Assembly: GCA_964057225.1 (NCBI GenBank)
Contig: OZ059897.1
Coordinates: 9,424,001-9,488,000, forward strand
Direction: 5' to 3'
DNA: 64,000 bases
Source of the DNA: Auanema rhodensis
Lineage: Eukaryota; Animalia; Nematoda
Position 1 is the stretch's first letter. Every line of letters begins with the position of its first letter. Shown here piece by piece: positions 23,568 to 36,281 of the stretch. The notes beneath the pieces are model-generated. The model was not told where the DNA came from and made no database searches. It saw nothing but the letters and a program-made list of their open reading frames with translations. The position numbers and the translations under genes are program-made.

Positions 23568-23987
23568 ATGTATAAAAACCTTCATTATTTCAGTCTTGAT
23601 AACATCAAAGAATGGAGCGATTCCCTTGATCAACTCCAGGATAACGGCAACGCAAAGATGCCTAACAAAAGTCAGAATATGTCTGCACCAAAAAAGCAGA
23701 ACAACTCTAAAGTGAAGTACAGAAAAATGGAAGAAGACATGAAATGTCAACTCTGTTGGAAGAAGGGCCACACCATGGGAAAATGCACAGTCTACAAGAC
23801 TGCAGCACAACGCGTCAAGCGTTGCAAGTTGATCAACATGTGCTTGAAGTGTTTGCGGAACCACTTTGGAAAACCGTGTGTGGAGAAGATGAAGAAAATA
23901 TGTCATGTGTGCAAAGGAAGCGGACTGGACCACGATCATCCTGGTGTATTATGCAAGCTGCAGTTTGCGGAGGAATTAGCAGAATGA
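23568..23987 (+). CDS. Accessory 139-aa basic protein with three zinc-knuckle motifs (nucleocapsid-like)
   Basis: CQLCWKKGHTMGKC, CLKCLRNHFGKPC and CHVC..H.H...LC; same arrangement as the BEL Gag triad; ATG start; ends shortly before the 3' LTR. Confidence 0.8.
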   Translation: MYKNLHYFSLDNIKEWSDSLDQLQDNGNAKMPNKSQNMSAPKKQNNSKVKYRKMEEDMKCQLCWKKGHTMGKCTVYKTAAQRVKRCKLINMCLKCLRNHFGKPCVEKMKKICHVCKGSGLDHDHPGVLCKLQFAEELAE

Positions 23988-24020
23988 AATCAGTTCTGAT
24001 TTCTCTCTCCTGGCCCGGAA

Positions 24021-24436
24021 TATCGCGAATGCGATTATTCATCATTCAATCGATGCAATCTCATCACGTTGGCTGATGAGATTCACGGGCACTCTGTTTT
24101 TATACCACCGTCGCGGACGGTCGCTTTTCTCTCTCCTCGTTGCTGTCTTTATCTTATGACTCATCTAGTCTGAACCACCGTTTTATCCTTGTCCTTTAGT
24201 AAGACTATCTCTAGTCTCATTAGTGATGTATATCTAGTCTTATTACATTCACTCTAGTCTTCTATGTACTTTATCTAGTCTTATTATATATCTTCTAGTC
24301 CTTATATTCTGTATTATGTATATCTGAATGGCATATGAATGAATCTTCCTTCCTCTAATAGTCTTTTACGTTAACAGGGCATAGAATAGAAAGTGTGAAC
24401 CTGGGAGGCTTTTTGAAGAGCCCTCTATCTTCGAAA
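24021..24436 (+). repeat. 3' LTR of the BEL/Pao element (TATCG...TTCGAAA)
   Basis: Repeat of 11428-11843, preceded by GGCCCGGAA and followed by TSD CCCCG. Confidence 0.95.
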
Positions 24437-27353
24437 CCCCGCATCGGGCTTTAAGTTTTACCTTTTATTTGAAATTATAACGTTTATTTTGAAAATTTAT
24501 TCCTAACCTCTTTCTGATCAGATAGAATTCTGTAGATGTAACATTGTTTCAGTTCTTAGAACTCTGTTTAAGTGTTTTCAAACTTTGTATAGATACCAAG
24601 AAAAATGAAATGATAGAGATAGAACACTTCTAAGATCTTGATCTAAAATTTTTCTGACGGACTGATCCATTAGAACCAAAGATTACAAGAACTATTCTGA
24701 TTTCACCTGCATGAAGATCCAGTAGAAAATTACCTTTTGCTCTGAACATCTAAATGATTCAATAGAATATCAGAAATCACAGCCCGGTTAGCTCAGTCGG
24801 TAGAGCACCAGACTCTTAATCTGGCTGTCGCGGGTTCGAGCCCCGCATCGGGCTTTAAGTTTTACCTTTTATTTGAAATTATAACGTTTATTTTGAAAAT
24901 TTATTCCTAACCTCTTTCTGATCAGATAGAATTCTGTAGATGTAACATTGTTTCAGTTCTTAGAACTCTGTTTAAGTGTTTTCAAACTTTGTATAGATAA
25001 CAAGAAAAATAAAATGATAGAGATAGAACACTTCTAAGATCTTGATCTAAAATTTTTCTGACGGACTGATCCATTAGAACCAAAGATAACAAGAATTATT
25101 CTGATTTCACCTGCATAAAGATCCAGTAGAAAATTACGTTATGCTCTGAACATCTAAATGATTCAATACAATATTAGAAATCACAGCCCGGTTAGCTCAG
25201 TCGGTAGAGCACCAGACTCTTAATCTGGCTGTCGCGGGTTCGAGCCCCGCATCGGGCTTTAAGTTTTACCTTTTATTAGAAATTATAACGTTTATTTTGA
25301 AAATTTATTCCTAACCTCTTTCTGATCAGATAGAATTCTGTAGATGTAACATTGTTTCAGTTCTTAGAACTCTGTTTAAGTGTTTTCAAACTTTGTATAG
25401 ATAACAAGAAAAATAAAATGATAGAGATAGAACACTTCTAAGATCTTGATCTAAAATTTTTCTGACGGACTGATCCATTAGAACCAAAGATAACAAGAAT
25501 TATTCTGATTTCACCTGCATAAAGATCCAGTAGAAAATTACGTTATGCTCTGAACATCTAAATGATTCAATACAATATTAGAAATCACAGCCCGGTTAGC
25601 TCAGTCGGTAGAGCACCAGACTCTTAATCTGGCTGTCGCGGGTTCGAGCCCCGCATCGGGCTTTAAGTTTTACCTTTTATTTGAAATTATAACGTTTATT
25701 TTGAAAATTTATTCCTAACCTCTTTCTGATCAGATAGAATTCTGTAGATGTAACATTGTTTCAGTTCTTAGAACTCTGTTTAAGTGTTTTCAAACTTTGT
25801 ATAGATAACAAGAAAAATAAAATGATAGAGATAGAACACTTCTAAGATCTTGATCTAAAATTTTTCTGACGGACTGATCCATTAGAACCAAAGATAACAA
25901 GAATTATTCTGATTTCACCTGCATAAAGATCCAGTAGAAAATTACGTTATGCTCTGAACATCTAAATGATTCAATACAATATTAGAAATCACAGCCCGGT
26001 TAGCTCAGTCGGTAGAGCACCAGACTCTTAATCTGGCTGTCGCGGGTTCGAGCCCCGCATCGGGCTTTAAGTTTTACCTTTTATTTGAAATTATAACGTT
26101 TATTTTGAAAATTTATTCCTAACCTCTTTCTGATCAGATAGAATTCTGTAGATGTAACATTGTTTCAGTTCTTAGAACTCTGTTTAAGTGTTTTCAAACT
26201 TTGTATAGATAACAAGAAAAATAAAATGATAGAGATAGAACACTTCTAAGATCTTGATCTAAAATTTTTCTGACGGACTGATCCATTAGAACCAAAGATA
26301 ACAAGAATTATTCTGATTTCACCTGCATAAAGATCCAGTAGAAAATTACGTTATGCTCTGAACATCTAAATGATTCAATACAATATTAGAAATCACAGCC
26401 CGGTTAGCTCAGTCGGTAGAGCACCAGACTCTTAATCTGGCTGTCGCGGGTTCGAGCCCCGCATCGGGCTTTAAGTTTTACCTTTTATTTGAAATTTGAA
26501 AGTTTATTTTGAAAATTCATTTCTAACCTCTTTCTGATCAGATAGAATTCTGTAGATGTAACATTGTTTCAGTTCTTAGAACTCTGTTTAAGTGTTTTCA
26601 AACTTTGTATAGATAACAAGAAAAATAAAATGATAGAGATAGAACACTTCTAAGATCTTGATCTAAAATTTTTCTGACGGACTGATCCATTAGAACCAAA
26701 GATAACAAGAATTATTCTGATTTCACCTGCATAAAGATCCAGTAGAAAATTACGTTATGCTCTGAACATCTAAATGATTCAATACAATATTAGAAATCAC
26801 AGCCCGGTTAGCTCAGTCGGTAGAGCACCAGACTCTTAATCTGGCTGTCGCGGGTTCGAGCCCCGCATCGGGCTTTAAGTTTTACCTTTTATTTGAAATT
26901 TGAAAGTTTATTTTGAAAATTCATTTCTAACCTCTTTCTGATCAGATAGAATTCTGTAGATGTAACATTGTTTCAGTTCTTAGAACTCTGTTTAAGTGTT
27001 TTCAAACTTTGTATAGATAACAAGAAAAATAAAATGATAGAGATAGAACACTTCTAAGATCTTGATCTAAAATTTTTCTGACGGACTGATCCGTTAGAAC
27101 CAAAGATAACTAGAATTATTCTGATTTCACCTGCATAAAGATCCAGTAGAAAATTACGTTATGCTCTGAACATCTAAATGATTCAATACAATATTAGAAA
27201 TCACAGCCCGGTTAGCTCAGTCGGTAGAGCACCAGACTCTTAATCTGGCTGTCGCGGGTTCGAGCCCCGCATCGGGCTTTAAGTTTTACCTTTTATTTGA
27301 AATTTGAAAGTTTATTTTGAAAATTCATTTCTAACCTCTTTCTGATCAGATAG

Positions 27354-27719
27354 CGTTCCATTCGGAGACTCTATATATGTAACTGCAGGGTTAGAGCCAG
27401 ACCGACTAGAGGAATGTGGAATGGCACCGCCTTCCCTCATGCCCCTATTCGGGAGTTCGCCCCTTTGCAAGCCCATGGACGGTTTGCATCTAACTTAGTT
27501 AATCTTATATATTAGTCTTTGTCTTGTAAGTGTAGTTTACTTTATCCTTGTGTTATTGTATTGTAATGATATTGTATTGTGTATAATAAACCTATATATT
27601 TCCTTATCTTATGTAATCCTTATGCTCTGTTTCCATACCGCTACACTTATGGAATACTATACGCGTAGTTGAGCAGACTACAATGGTCTGTTCAATATAC
27701 GTAGGAGCATAATGGAACG
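27354..27719 (+). mobile_element. 366-bp insertion, most likely a solo LTR of a Ty3/gypsy family with CG...CG ends
   Basis: TSD ATAG (27350-27353 and 27720-27723); 9-bp terminal inverted repeat CGTTCCATT/AATGGAACG; AATAAA at 27585; right end AATGGAACG is identical to the end of the gypsy LTR at 35024. A 5-bp TSD reading (GATAG) is also possible. Confidence 0.8.
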
Positions 27720-28383
27720 ATAGTATTCTGTAGATGTAACATTGTTTCAGTTCTTAGAACTTTGTTTAAGTGTTTTCAAACTTTGTATAGATAACAAGAA
27801 AAATAAAATGATAGAGATAGAACACTTCTAAGATCTTGATCTAAAATTTTTCTGACGGACTGATCCGTTAGAACCAAAGATAACTAGAATTATTCTGATT
27901 TCACCTGCATAAAGATCCAGTAGAAAATTACGTTATGCTCTGAACATCTAAATGATTCAATACAATATTAGAAATCACAGCCCGGTTAGCTCAGTCGGTA
28001 GAGCACCAGACTCTTAATCTGGCTGTCGCGGGTTCGAGCCCCGCATCGGGCTTTAAGTTTTACCTTTTATTTGAAATTTGAAAGTTTATTTTGAAAATTC
28101 ATTTCTAACCTCTTTCTGATCAGATAGAATTCTGTGCATGTAACATTGCTTCTGCCCTTTGAACTTTGTTTAAGTGTTTTCAAACTTGGTTTAGATAACA
28201 AGAAAAATAAAATGATAGAGATAGAACACTTCTAAGATCTCGATCCAAAATATTCCCGACGGACTGAGCCATTAGAACCAAAGATTACAAGAATTATTCT
28301 GATTTCACCTGCATAAAGATCCAGTAGAAAATTACGTTATGCTCTGAACATCTAAATGATTCAATACAATATTAGAAATCACA

Positions 28384-28456
28384 GCCCGGTTAGCTCAGTC
28401 GGTAGAGCACCAGACTCTTAATCTGGCTGTCGCGGGTTCGAGCCCCGTATCGGGCT
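28384..28456 (+). tRNA. Variant tRNA-Lys(CTT) copy, C65T (G-U wobble in T stem)
   Basis: CCCCGTATCGGGCT, change at 28448. Confidence 0.85.
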
Positions 28457-31400
28457 TTAAGTTTTACCTTTTATTTGAAATTATAACGTTTATTTTGAAA
28501 TTTCATTTCTAACCTCTTTCTGATCAGATAGAATTCTGTAGATGTAACATTGTTTCAGTTTTTAGAACTCTGTTTGAGTGTTTTCAAACTTTGTATAGAT
28601 ACCAAGAAAAATAAAATGATAGAGATAGAACACTTCTAAGATCTTGATCCAAGGTTTTTCTGACGGACTGATCCATTAGAACCAAAGATTACAAGAATTA
28701 GTCTGATTTCATCTGCATAAAGATCCAGTAGAAAATTACCTTTTGCTCTGAACATCTAAATGATTCAATACAATATCAGAAATCACAGCCCGGTTAGCTC
28801 AGTCGGTAGAGCACCAGACTCTTAATCTGGCTGTCGCGGGTTCGAGCCCCGCATCGGGCTTTGAGTTTTACCTTTTATTTGAAATTATAACGTTTATTTT
28901 GAAATTTCATTTCTAACCTCTTTCTGATCAGATAGTATTCTGTAGATGTAACATTGTTACAGTTCTTAGAACTCTGTTTAAGTGTTTTCAATCTTTGTAT
29001 AGATAACAAGAAAAATAAAATGATAGAGATAGAACACTTCTAAGATCTTGATCCAAGGTTTTTCTGACGGACTGATTCATTAGAACCAAAGATAACAAGA
29101 ATTATTCTGATTTCACCTGCATAAAGATCCAGTAGAAAATTACGTTATGCTCTGAACATCTAAATGATTCAATACAATATTAGAAATCACAGCCCGGTTA
29201 GCTCAGTCGGTAGAGCACCAGACTCTTAATCTGGCTGTCGCGGGTTCGAGCCCCGCATCGGGCTTTAAGTTTTACCTTTTCTTGAAATTATAACGTTTAT
29301 TTTGAAATTTCATTTCTAACCTCTTTCTGATCAGATAGTATTCTGTAGATGTAACATTGTTTCAGTTCTTAGAACTCTGTTTAAGTGTTTTCAAACTTTG
29401 TATAGATACCAAGAAAAATAAAATGATAGAGATAGAACACTTCTAAGATCTTGATCCAAGGTTTTTCTGACGGACTGATCCATTAGAACCAAAGATTACA
29501 AGAATTATTCTGATTTCATCTGCATAAAGATCCAGTAGAAAATTACCTTTTGCTCTGAACATCTAAATGATTCAATACAATATCAGAAATCACAGCCCGG
29601 TTAGCTCAGTCGGTAGAGCACCAGACTCTTAATCTGGCTGTCGCGGGTTCGAGCCCCGCATCGGGCTTTAAGTTTTACCTTTTCTTGAAATTTTAACGTT
29701 TATTTTGAAAATTTATTCCTAACCTCTTTCTGATCAGATAGAATTCTGTAGATGTAACATTGTTTCAGTTCTTAGAACTCTGTTTAAGTGTTTTCAATCT
29801 TTGTATAGATAACAAGAAAAATAAAATGATAGAGATAGAACACTTCTAAGATCTTGATCCAAGGTTTTTCTGACGGACTGATTCATTAGAACCAAAGATA
29901 ACAAGAATTATTCTGATTTCACCTGCATAAAGATCCAGTAGAAAATTACGTTATGCTCTGAACATCTAAATGATTCAATACAATATTAGAAATCACAGCC
30001 CGGTTAGCTCAGTCGGTAGAGCACCAGACTCTTAATCTGGCTGTCGCGGGTTCGAGCCCCGCATCGGGCTTTGAGTTTTACCTTTTATTTGAAATTATAA
30101 CGTTTATTTTGAAAATTTATTCCTAACCTCTATCTGATCAGATAGAATTCTGTAGATGTAACATTGTTTCAGTTCTTAGAACTCTGTTTAAGTGTTTTCA
30201 ATCTTTGTATAGATAACAAGAAAAATAAAATGATAGAGATAGAACACTTCTAAGATCTTGATCTAAAATATTTCTGACGGACTGATCCATTAGAACCAAA
30301 GATAACAAGAATTATTCTGATTTCACCTGCATAAAGATCCAGTAGAAAATTACGTTATGCTCTGAACATCTAAATGATTCAATACAATATCAGAAATCAC
30401 AGCCCGGTTAGCTCAGTCGGTAGAGCACCAGACTCTTAATCTGGCTGTCGCGGGTTCGAGCCCCGCATCGGGCTTTAAGTTTTACCTTTCATTTGAAATT
30501 ATAACGTTTATTTTGAAATTTCATTTCTAACCTCTTTCTGATCAGATAGAATTCTGTAGCTGTAACATTGTTTCAGTTCTTAGAACTCTGTTTAAGTGTT
30601 TTCAAACTTTGTATAGATAACAAGAAAAATGAAATGATAGAGATAGAACACTTCTAAGATCTTGATCCAAGGTTTTTCTGACGGACTGATCCATTAGAAC
30701 CAAAGATTACAAGAATTATTCTGATTTCATCTGCATAAAGATCCAGTAGAAAATTACCTTTTGCTCTGAACATCTAAATGATTCAATACAATATCAGAAA
30801 TCACAGCCCGGTTAGCTCAGTCGGTAGAGCACCAGACTCTTAATCTGGCTGTCGCGGGTTCGAGCCCCGCATCGGGCTTTAAGTTTTACCTTTCATTTGA
30901 AATTATAACGTTTATTTTGAAATTTCATTTCTAACCTCTTTCTGATCAGATAGAATTCTGTAGATGTAACATTGTTTCAGTTCTTAGAACTCTGTTTAAG
31001 TGTTTTCAAACTTTGTATAGATAACAAGAAAAATGAAATGAGAGAGATAGAACACTTCTAAGATCTTGATCCAAGGTTTTTCTGACGGACTGATCCATTA
31101 GAACCAAAGATTACAAGAATTATTCTGATTTCATCTGCATAAAGATCCAGTAGAAAATTACCTTTTGCTCTGAACATCTAAATGATTCAATACAATATCA
31201 GAAATCACAGCCCGGTTAGCTCAGTCGGTAGAGCACCAGACTCTTAATCTGGCTGTCGCGGGTTCGAGCCCCGCATCGGGCTTTAAGTTTTACCTTTCAT
31301 TTGAAATTATAACGTTTATTTTGAAATTTCATTTCTAACCTCTTTCTGATCAGATAGAATTCTGTAGATGTAACATTGTTTCAGTTCTTAGAACTCTGTT

Positions 31401-32421
31401 TAAGTGTTTTCAAACTTTGTATAGATAACAAGAAAAATGAAATGAGAGAGATAGAACACTTCTAAGATCTTGATCTAAAATTTTTCTGACGGACTGATCC
31501 ATTAGAACCAAAGATAACAAGAATTATTCTGATTTCACCTGCATAAAGATCCAGTAGAAAATTACGTTATGCTCTGAACATCTAAATGATTCAATACAAT
31601 ATTAGAAATCACAGCCCGGTTAGCTCAGTCGGTAGAGCACCAGACTCTTAATCTGGCTGTCGCGGGTTCGAGCCCCGCATCGGGCTTTAAGTTTTACATT
31701 TTATTTGAAATTATAACGTTTATTTTGAAATTTCATTTGTAACCTCTTTCTGATCAGATAGAATTCTGTAGATGTAACATTGTTTCAGTTCTTAGAACTC
31801 TGTTTAAGTGTTTTCAAACTTTGTATAGATAACAAGAAAAATGAAATGAGAGAGATAGAACACTTCTAAGATCTTGATCTAAAATTTTTCTGACGGACTG
31901 ATCCATTAGAACCAAAGATAACAAGAATTATTCTGATTTCACCTGCATAAAGATCCAGTAGAAAATTACGTTATGCTCTGAACATCTAAATGATTCAAAA
32001 CAATATTAGAAATCACAGCCCGGTTAGCTCAGTCGGTAGAGCACCAGACTCTTAATCTGGCTGTCGCGGGTTCGAGCCCCGCATCGGGCTTTAAGTTTTA
32101 CCTTTTATTTGAAATTATAACGTTTATTTTGAAATTTCATTTCTAACCTCTTTCTGATCAGATAGTATTCTGTAGATGTAACATTGTTTCAGTTCTTAGA
32201 ACTCTGTTTAAGTGTTTTCAAACTTTGTATAGATAACAAGAAAAATAAAATGATAGAGATAGAACACTTCTAAGATCTTGATCTAAAATTTTTCTGACGG
32301 ACTGATCCATTAGAACCAAAGATAACAAGAATTATTCTGATTTCACCTGCATAAAGATCCAGTAGAAAATTACGTTATGCTCTGAACATCTAAATGATTC
32401 AATACAATATTAGAAATCACA

Positions 32422-32494
32422 GCCCGGTTAGCTCAGTCGGTAGAGCACCAGACTCTTAATCTGGCTGTCGCGGTTTCGAGCCCCGCATCGGGCT
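32422..32494 (+). pseudogene. tRNA-Lys copy with G53T B-box mutation, probably poorly transcribed
   Basis: GCGGTTTCGAG instead of GCGGGTTCGAG at 32474; G53 is invariant in B boxes and pairs with C61. Confidence 0.65.
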
Positions 32495-34607
32495 TTAAGT
32501 TTTACCTTTTATTTGAAATTTGAAAGTTTATTTTGAAAATTCATTTCTAACCTCTTTCTGATCAGATAGAATTCTGTAGATGTAACATTGTTTCAGTTCT
32601 TAGAACTCTGTTTAAGTGTTTTCAAACTTTGTATAGATAACAAGAAAAATGAAATGATAGAGATAGAACACTTCTGAGATCTTGATCCAAGGTTTTTCTG
32701 ACGGACTGATCCATTAGAACCAAAGATTACAAGAATTATTCTGATTTCATCTGCATAAAAATCCAGTAGAAAATTACCTTTTGCTCTGAACATCTAAATG
32801 ATTCAATACAATATCAGAAATCACAGCCCGGTTAGCTCAGTCGGTAGAGCACCAGACTCTTAATCTGGCTGTCGCGGGTTCGAGCCCCGCATCGGGCTTT
32901 GAGTTTTACCTTTTATTTGAAATTATAACGTTTATTTTGAAAATTTATTCCTAACCTCTATCTGATCAGATAGAATTCTGTAGCTGTAACATTGTTTCAG
33001 TTCTTAGAACTCTGTTTAAGTGTTTTCAAACTTTGTATAGATAACAAGAAAAATGAAATGATAGAGATAGAACACTTCTGAGATCTTGATCCAAGGTTTT
33101 TCTGACGGACTGATCCATTAGAACCAAAGATTACAAGAATTATTCTGATTTCATCTGCATAAAAATCCAGTAGAAAATTACCTTTTGCTCTGAACATCTA
33201 AATGATTCAATACAATTTTAGAAATCACAGCCCGGTTAGCTCAGTCGGTAGAGCACCAGACTCTTAATCTGGCTGTCGCGGGTTCGAGCCCCGCATCGGG
33301 CTTTAAGTTTTACCTTTTATTTGAAATTATAACGTTTATTTTGAAATTTCATTTCTAACCTCTTTCTGATCAGATAGTATTCTGTAGCTGTAACATTGTT
33401 TCAGTTCTTAGAACTCTGTTTAAGTGTTTTCAAACTTTGTATAGATAACAAGAAAAATAAAATGATAGAGATAGAACACTTCTAAGATCTTGATCTAAAA
33501 TTTTTCTGACGGACTGATCCATTAGAACCAAAGATAACAAGAATTATTCTGATTTCACCTGCATAAAGATCCAGTAGAAAATTACGTTAAGCTCTGAACA
33601 TCTAAATGATTCAATACAATATTAGAAATCACAGCCCGGTTAGCTCAGTCGGTAGAGCACCAGACTCTTAATCTGGCTGTCGCGGGTTCGAGCCCCGCAT
33701 CGGGCTTTAAGCTTTACCTTTTATTTGAAATTTGAAAGTTTATTTTGAAAATTCATTTCTAACCTCTTTCTGATCAGATAGAATTCTGTAGCTGTAACAT
33801 TGTTTCAGTTCTTAGAACTCTGTTTAAGTGTTTTCAAACTTTGTATAGATAACAAGAAAAATGAAATGATAGAGATAGAACACTTCTGAGATCTTGATCC
33901 AAGGTTTTTCTGACGGACTGATCCATTAGAACCAAAGATTACAAGAATTATTCTGATTTCATCTGCATAAAGATCCAGTAGAAAATTACCTTTTGCTCTG
34001 AACATCTAAATGATTCAATACAATATCAGAAATCACAGCCCGGTTAGCTCAGTCGGTAGAGCACCAGACTCTTAATCTGGCTGTCGCGGGTTCGAGCCCC
34101 GCATCGGGCTTTGAGTTTTACCTTTTATTTGAAATTATAACGTTTATTTTGAAAATTTATTCCTAACCTCTATCTGATCAGATAGAATTCTGTAGCTGTA
34201 ACATTGTTTCAGTTCTTAGAACTCTGTTTAAGTGTTTTCAAACTTTGTATAGATAACAAGAAAAATGAAATGATAGAGATAGAACACTTCTGAGATCTTG
34301 ATCCAAGGTTTTTCTGACGGACTGATCCATTAGAACCAAAGATTACAAGAATTATTCTGATTTCATCTGCATAAAGATCCAGTAGAAAATTACCTTTTCC
34401 TCTGAACATCTAAATGATTCAATACAATTTTAGAAATCACAGCCCGGTTAGCTCAGTCGGTAGAGCACCAGACTCTTAATCTGGCTGTCGCGGGTTCGAG
34501 CCCCGCATCGGGCTTTAAGTTTTACCTTTTATTTGAAATTATAACGTTTATTTTGAAAATTTATTCCTAACCTCTTTCTGATCAGATAGATTTCTGTAGA
34601 TGTAACA

Positions 34608-35024
34608 TGTTACATACATATCTCAAAGGAAAGCAGCTGACCATGGCAGCTGCTATTATTAAACTAATGCAGATAGTTTTTAAGCAATTCTGAGAATATT
34701 CTAGATGCACTTTTTATAAGCTTTGTAACAATTTGTGTAAACTGAGTAGGAGTTGTATGGATATATAAACCTGAGTCCTCAAGACTCAGGCATCTCATTA
34801 TCTCATTATCTTACTTTCTCTTTATCTTCTTTATATTCTCTTTCTTAACTCTAGCTTAAATCTTTGTATAATTATATTATAATGCGAACAATAAACCTTT
34901 ATACATTTCATCTTTTGTTTCTTATTTCACCTTACATTACACACTTATATTTAAAATCATACTCATCGTCTCATAGTCTGTTTGGATATCTCAACTTGGA
35001 ACCATTGAGAATCTAAATGGAACG
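34608..35024 (+). repeat. 5' LTR of the gypsy element (TGTTAC...GGAACG)
   Basis: Repeat of 46511-46927; TATATAAA at 34762-34769, hairpin CCTGAGTC/GACTCAGG at 34770-34790, AATAAA at 34890-34895. Confidence 0.96.
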
Positions 35025-35042
35025 TGGAGGTTCCGCCGAGAT
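35025..35042 (+). promoter_or_regulatory. Primer-binding site, tRNA-Gln
   Basis: TGGAGGTTCCGCCGAGAT is complementary (one G-U) to the tRNA-Gln 3' end ATCTCGGTGGAACCT-CCA. Confidence 0.88.
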
Positions 35043-36281
35043 CCTTCCTTTTGGACAGGATCTCGTAAAGGAACTCAAGCGCTACCGTCTACATCTCTTA
35101 TTCAATTAAAAATCTTATCTCTCTCTTAAAGTTAGCTTATAATATTTTCTTAAAAACTCTAAAACTTTTCTATTAAAAATTATATCCAAAAACTCTTTAC
35201 AAAAACTCAGTTTTCCATTCATTATATTCTCATAAATCATTTTCAATTATTCATAAGAGTACTTATATCATTTATCATTCTCTCTATCCAAAATCCTATA
35301 TACGAAAATTATTCAAATTCAATAATTAACTTTTCTAAGAATTATAAGTTTATTTTCACATTTTTTGAACAAAAATAGTTAAGTTCTTTATAAAATTAAT
35401 TTAGAATTAAGAAATAAAAAAAGAATATTGCTTCTATACCTCTCAATCTTAATCATCTTATCATATTATCTGAATCTTCATCTTATCATACTATCTTAAT
35501 CATCCTATCATACCATATTTTTTTTATTTTCTTTATGTTCGTTTATAAAACTATTATTCGTATGCTACTACACTGTATTCTCATAAACCCACCCCTCCCC
35601 CCCCCCCCCCCGTAATTTCATAAACAAGAAATCCCGTGTTAAACACGACAGTAAAAATATTTATTAGGCGCAGCGTATCCAAATTCCGATTACCTTAGCA
35701 CCTGAAAATACGAAAAATAATTAAATTAATCAATAAGTTTTAACTCATACGCAAAAACCATCCCCCCTCGTTAAGAATAATGCCAGACACTCAAGAGACT
35801 CGAGCGGAGGCCGACACTCAGGATAAGACGTACGCCCCATGAAATAATTAGAGAATTTTTGAATTGAAATCTGCCCCACATTGATATAAATAATAAGAGT
35901 GGTCTCGCCATCATAGAGTCAGGGAGCAGGATGCAGAAGGCAGCTGACATACCTGTGACTCAGATAGGTTAATGAGGTCTGGGAAAATGAAATGATTGCG
36001 AAAATTCTATTTTTGTATCCTTGTCCCAAAAGACTGGCGAACTATTAACTTTCATTTCATGCCTTTTTCACAATATAGAACTTGTCCCTTCGAAAAGGCA
36101 CACTAGTTTCAAACCTGTGTTAGACCCGGACGAGCTATATTGGTAAAGAGATTACTTGCAAGACTAGCTACCTTCATAAGAATCGCGCACACAAACCCAA
36201 CATTATTCTTTACGTTTTTCTATATATAAAATTATTTTGGCACACGTTGGATATAACAAATTTCCTTACAGGATACCAACG

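Larger units (their letters stand above)
11428..24436 (+). mobile_element. Full-length envelope-bearing BEL/Pao LTR retrotransposon (Belpaoviridae)
   Basis: 416-bp LTRs, 5-bp TSD CCCCG (11423-11427 and 24437-24441), PBS, and an uninterrupted 2957-aa polyprotein with BEL-type domains. Confidence 0.97.
24437..34607 (+). repeat. tRNA-Lys(CTT) array, block 2 (24 full-length copies from 24782 to 34442; contains the solo LTR; two units are 403 bp)
   Basis: Same unit; spacer variants are more heterogeneous between ~28000 and 34500. Confidence 0.98.

Noticed and set aside
28441-28452. C65T tRNA variant (CCCCGTATCG) identical to the BEL left junction, as a possible excision or conversion footprint
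   Set aside because: A single transition explains it; no other LTR sequence is present.
36237-36281. TTG start given by the ORF track for the gypsy polyprotein
   Set aside because: Eukaryotic context; the first ATG at 36282 follows an acceptor-like sequence and is the more plausible start.
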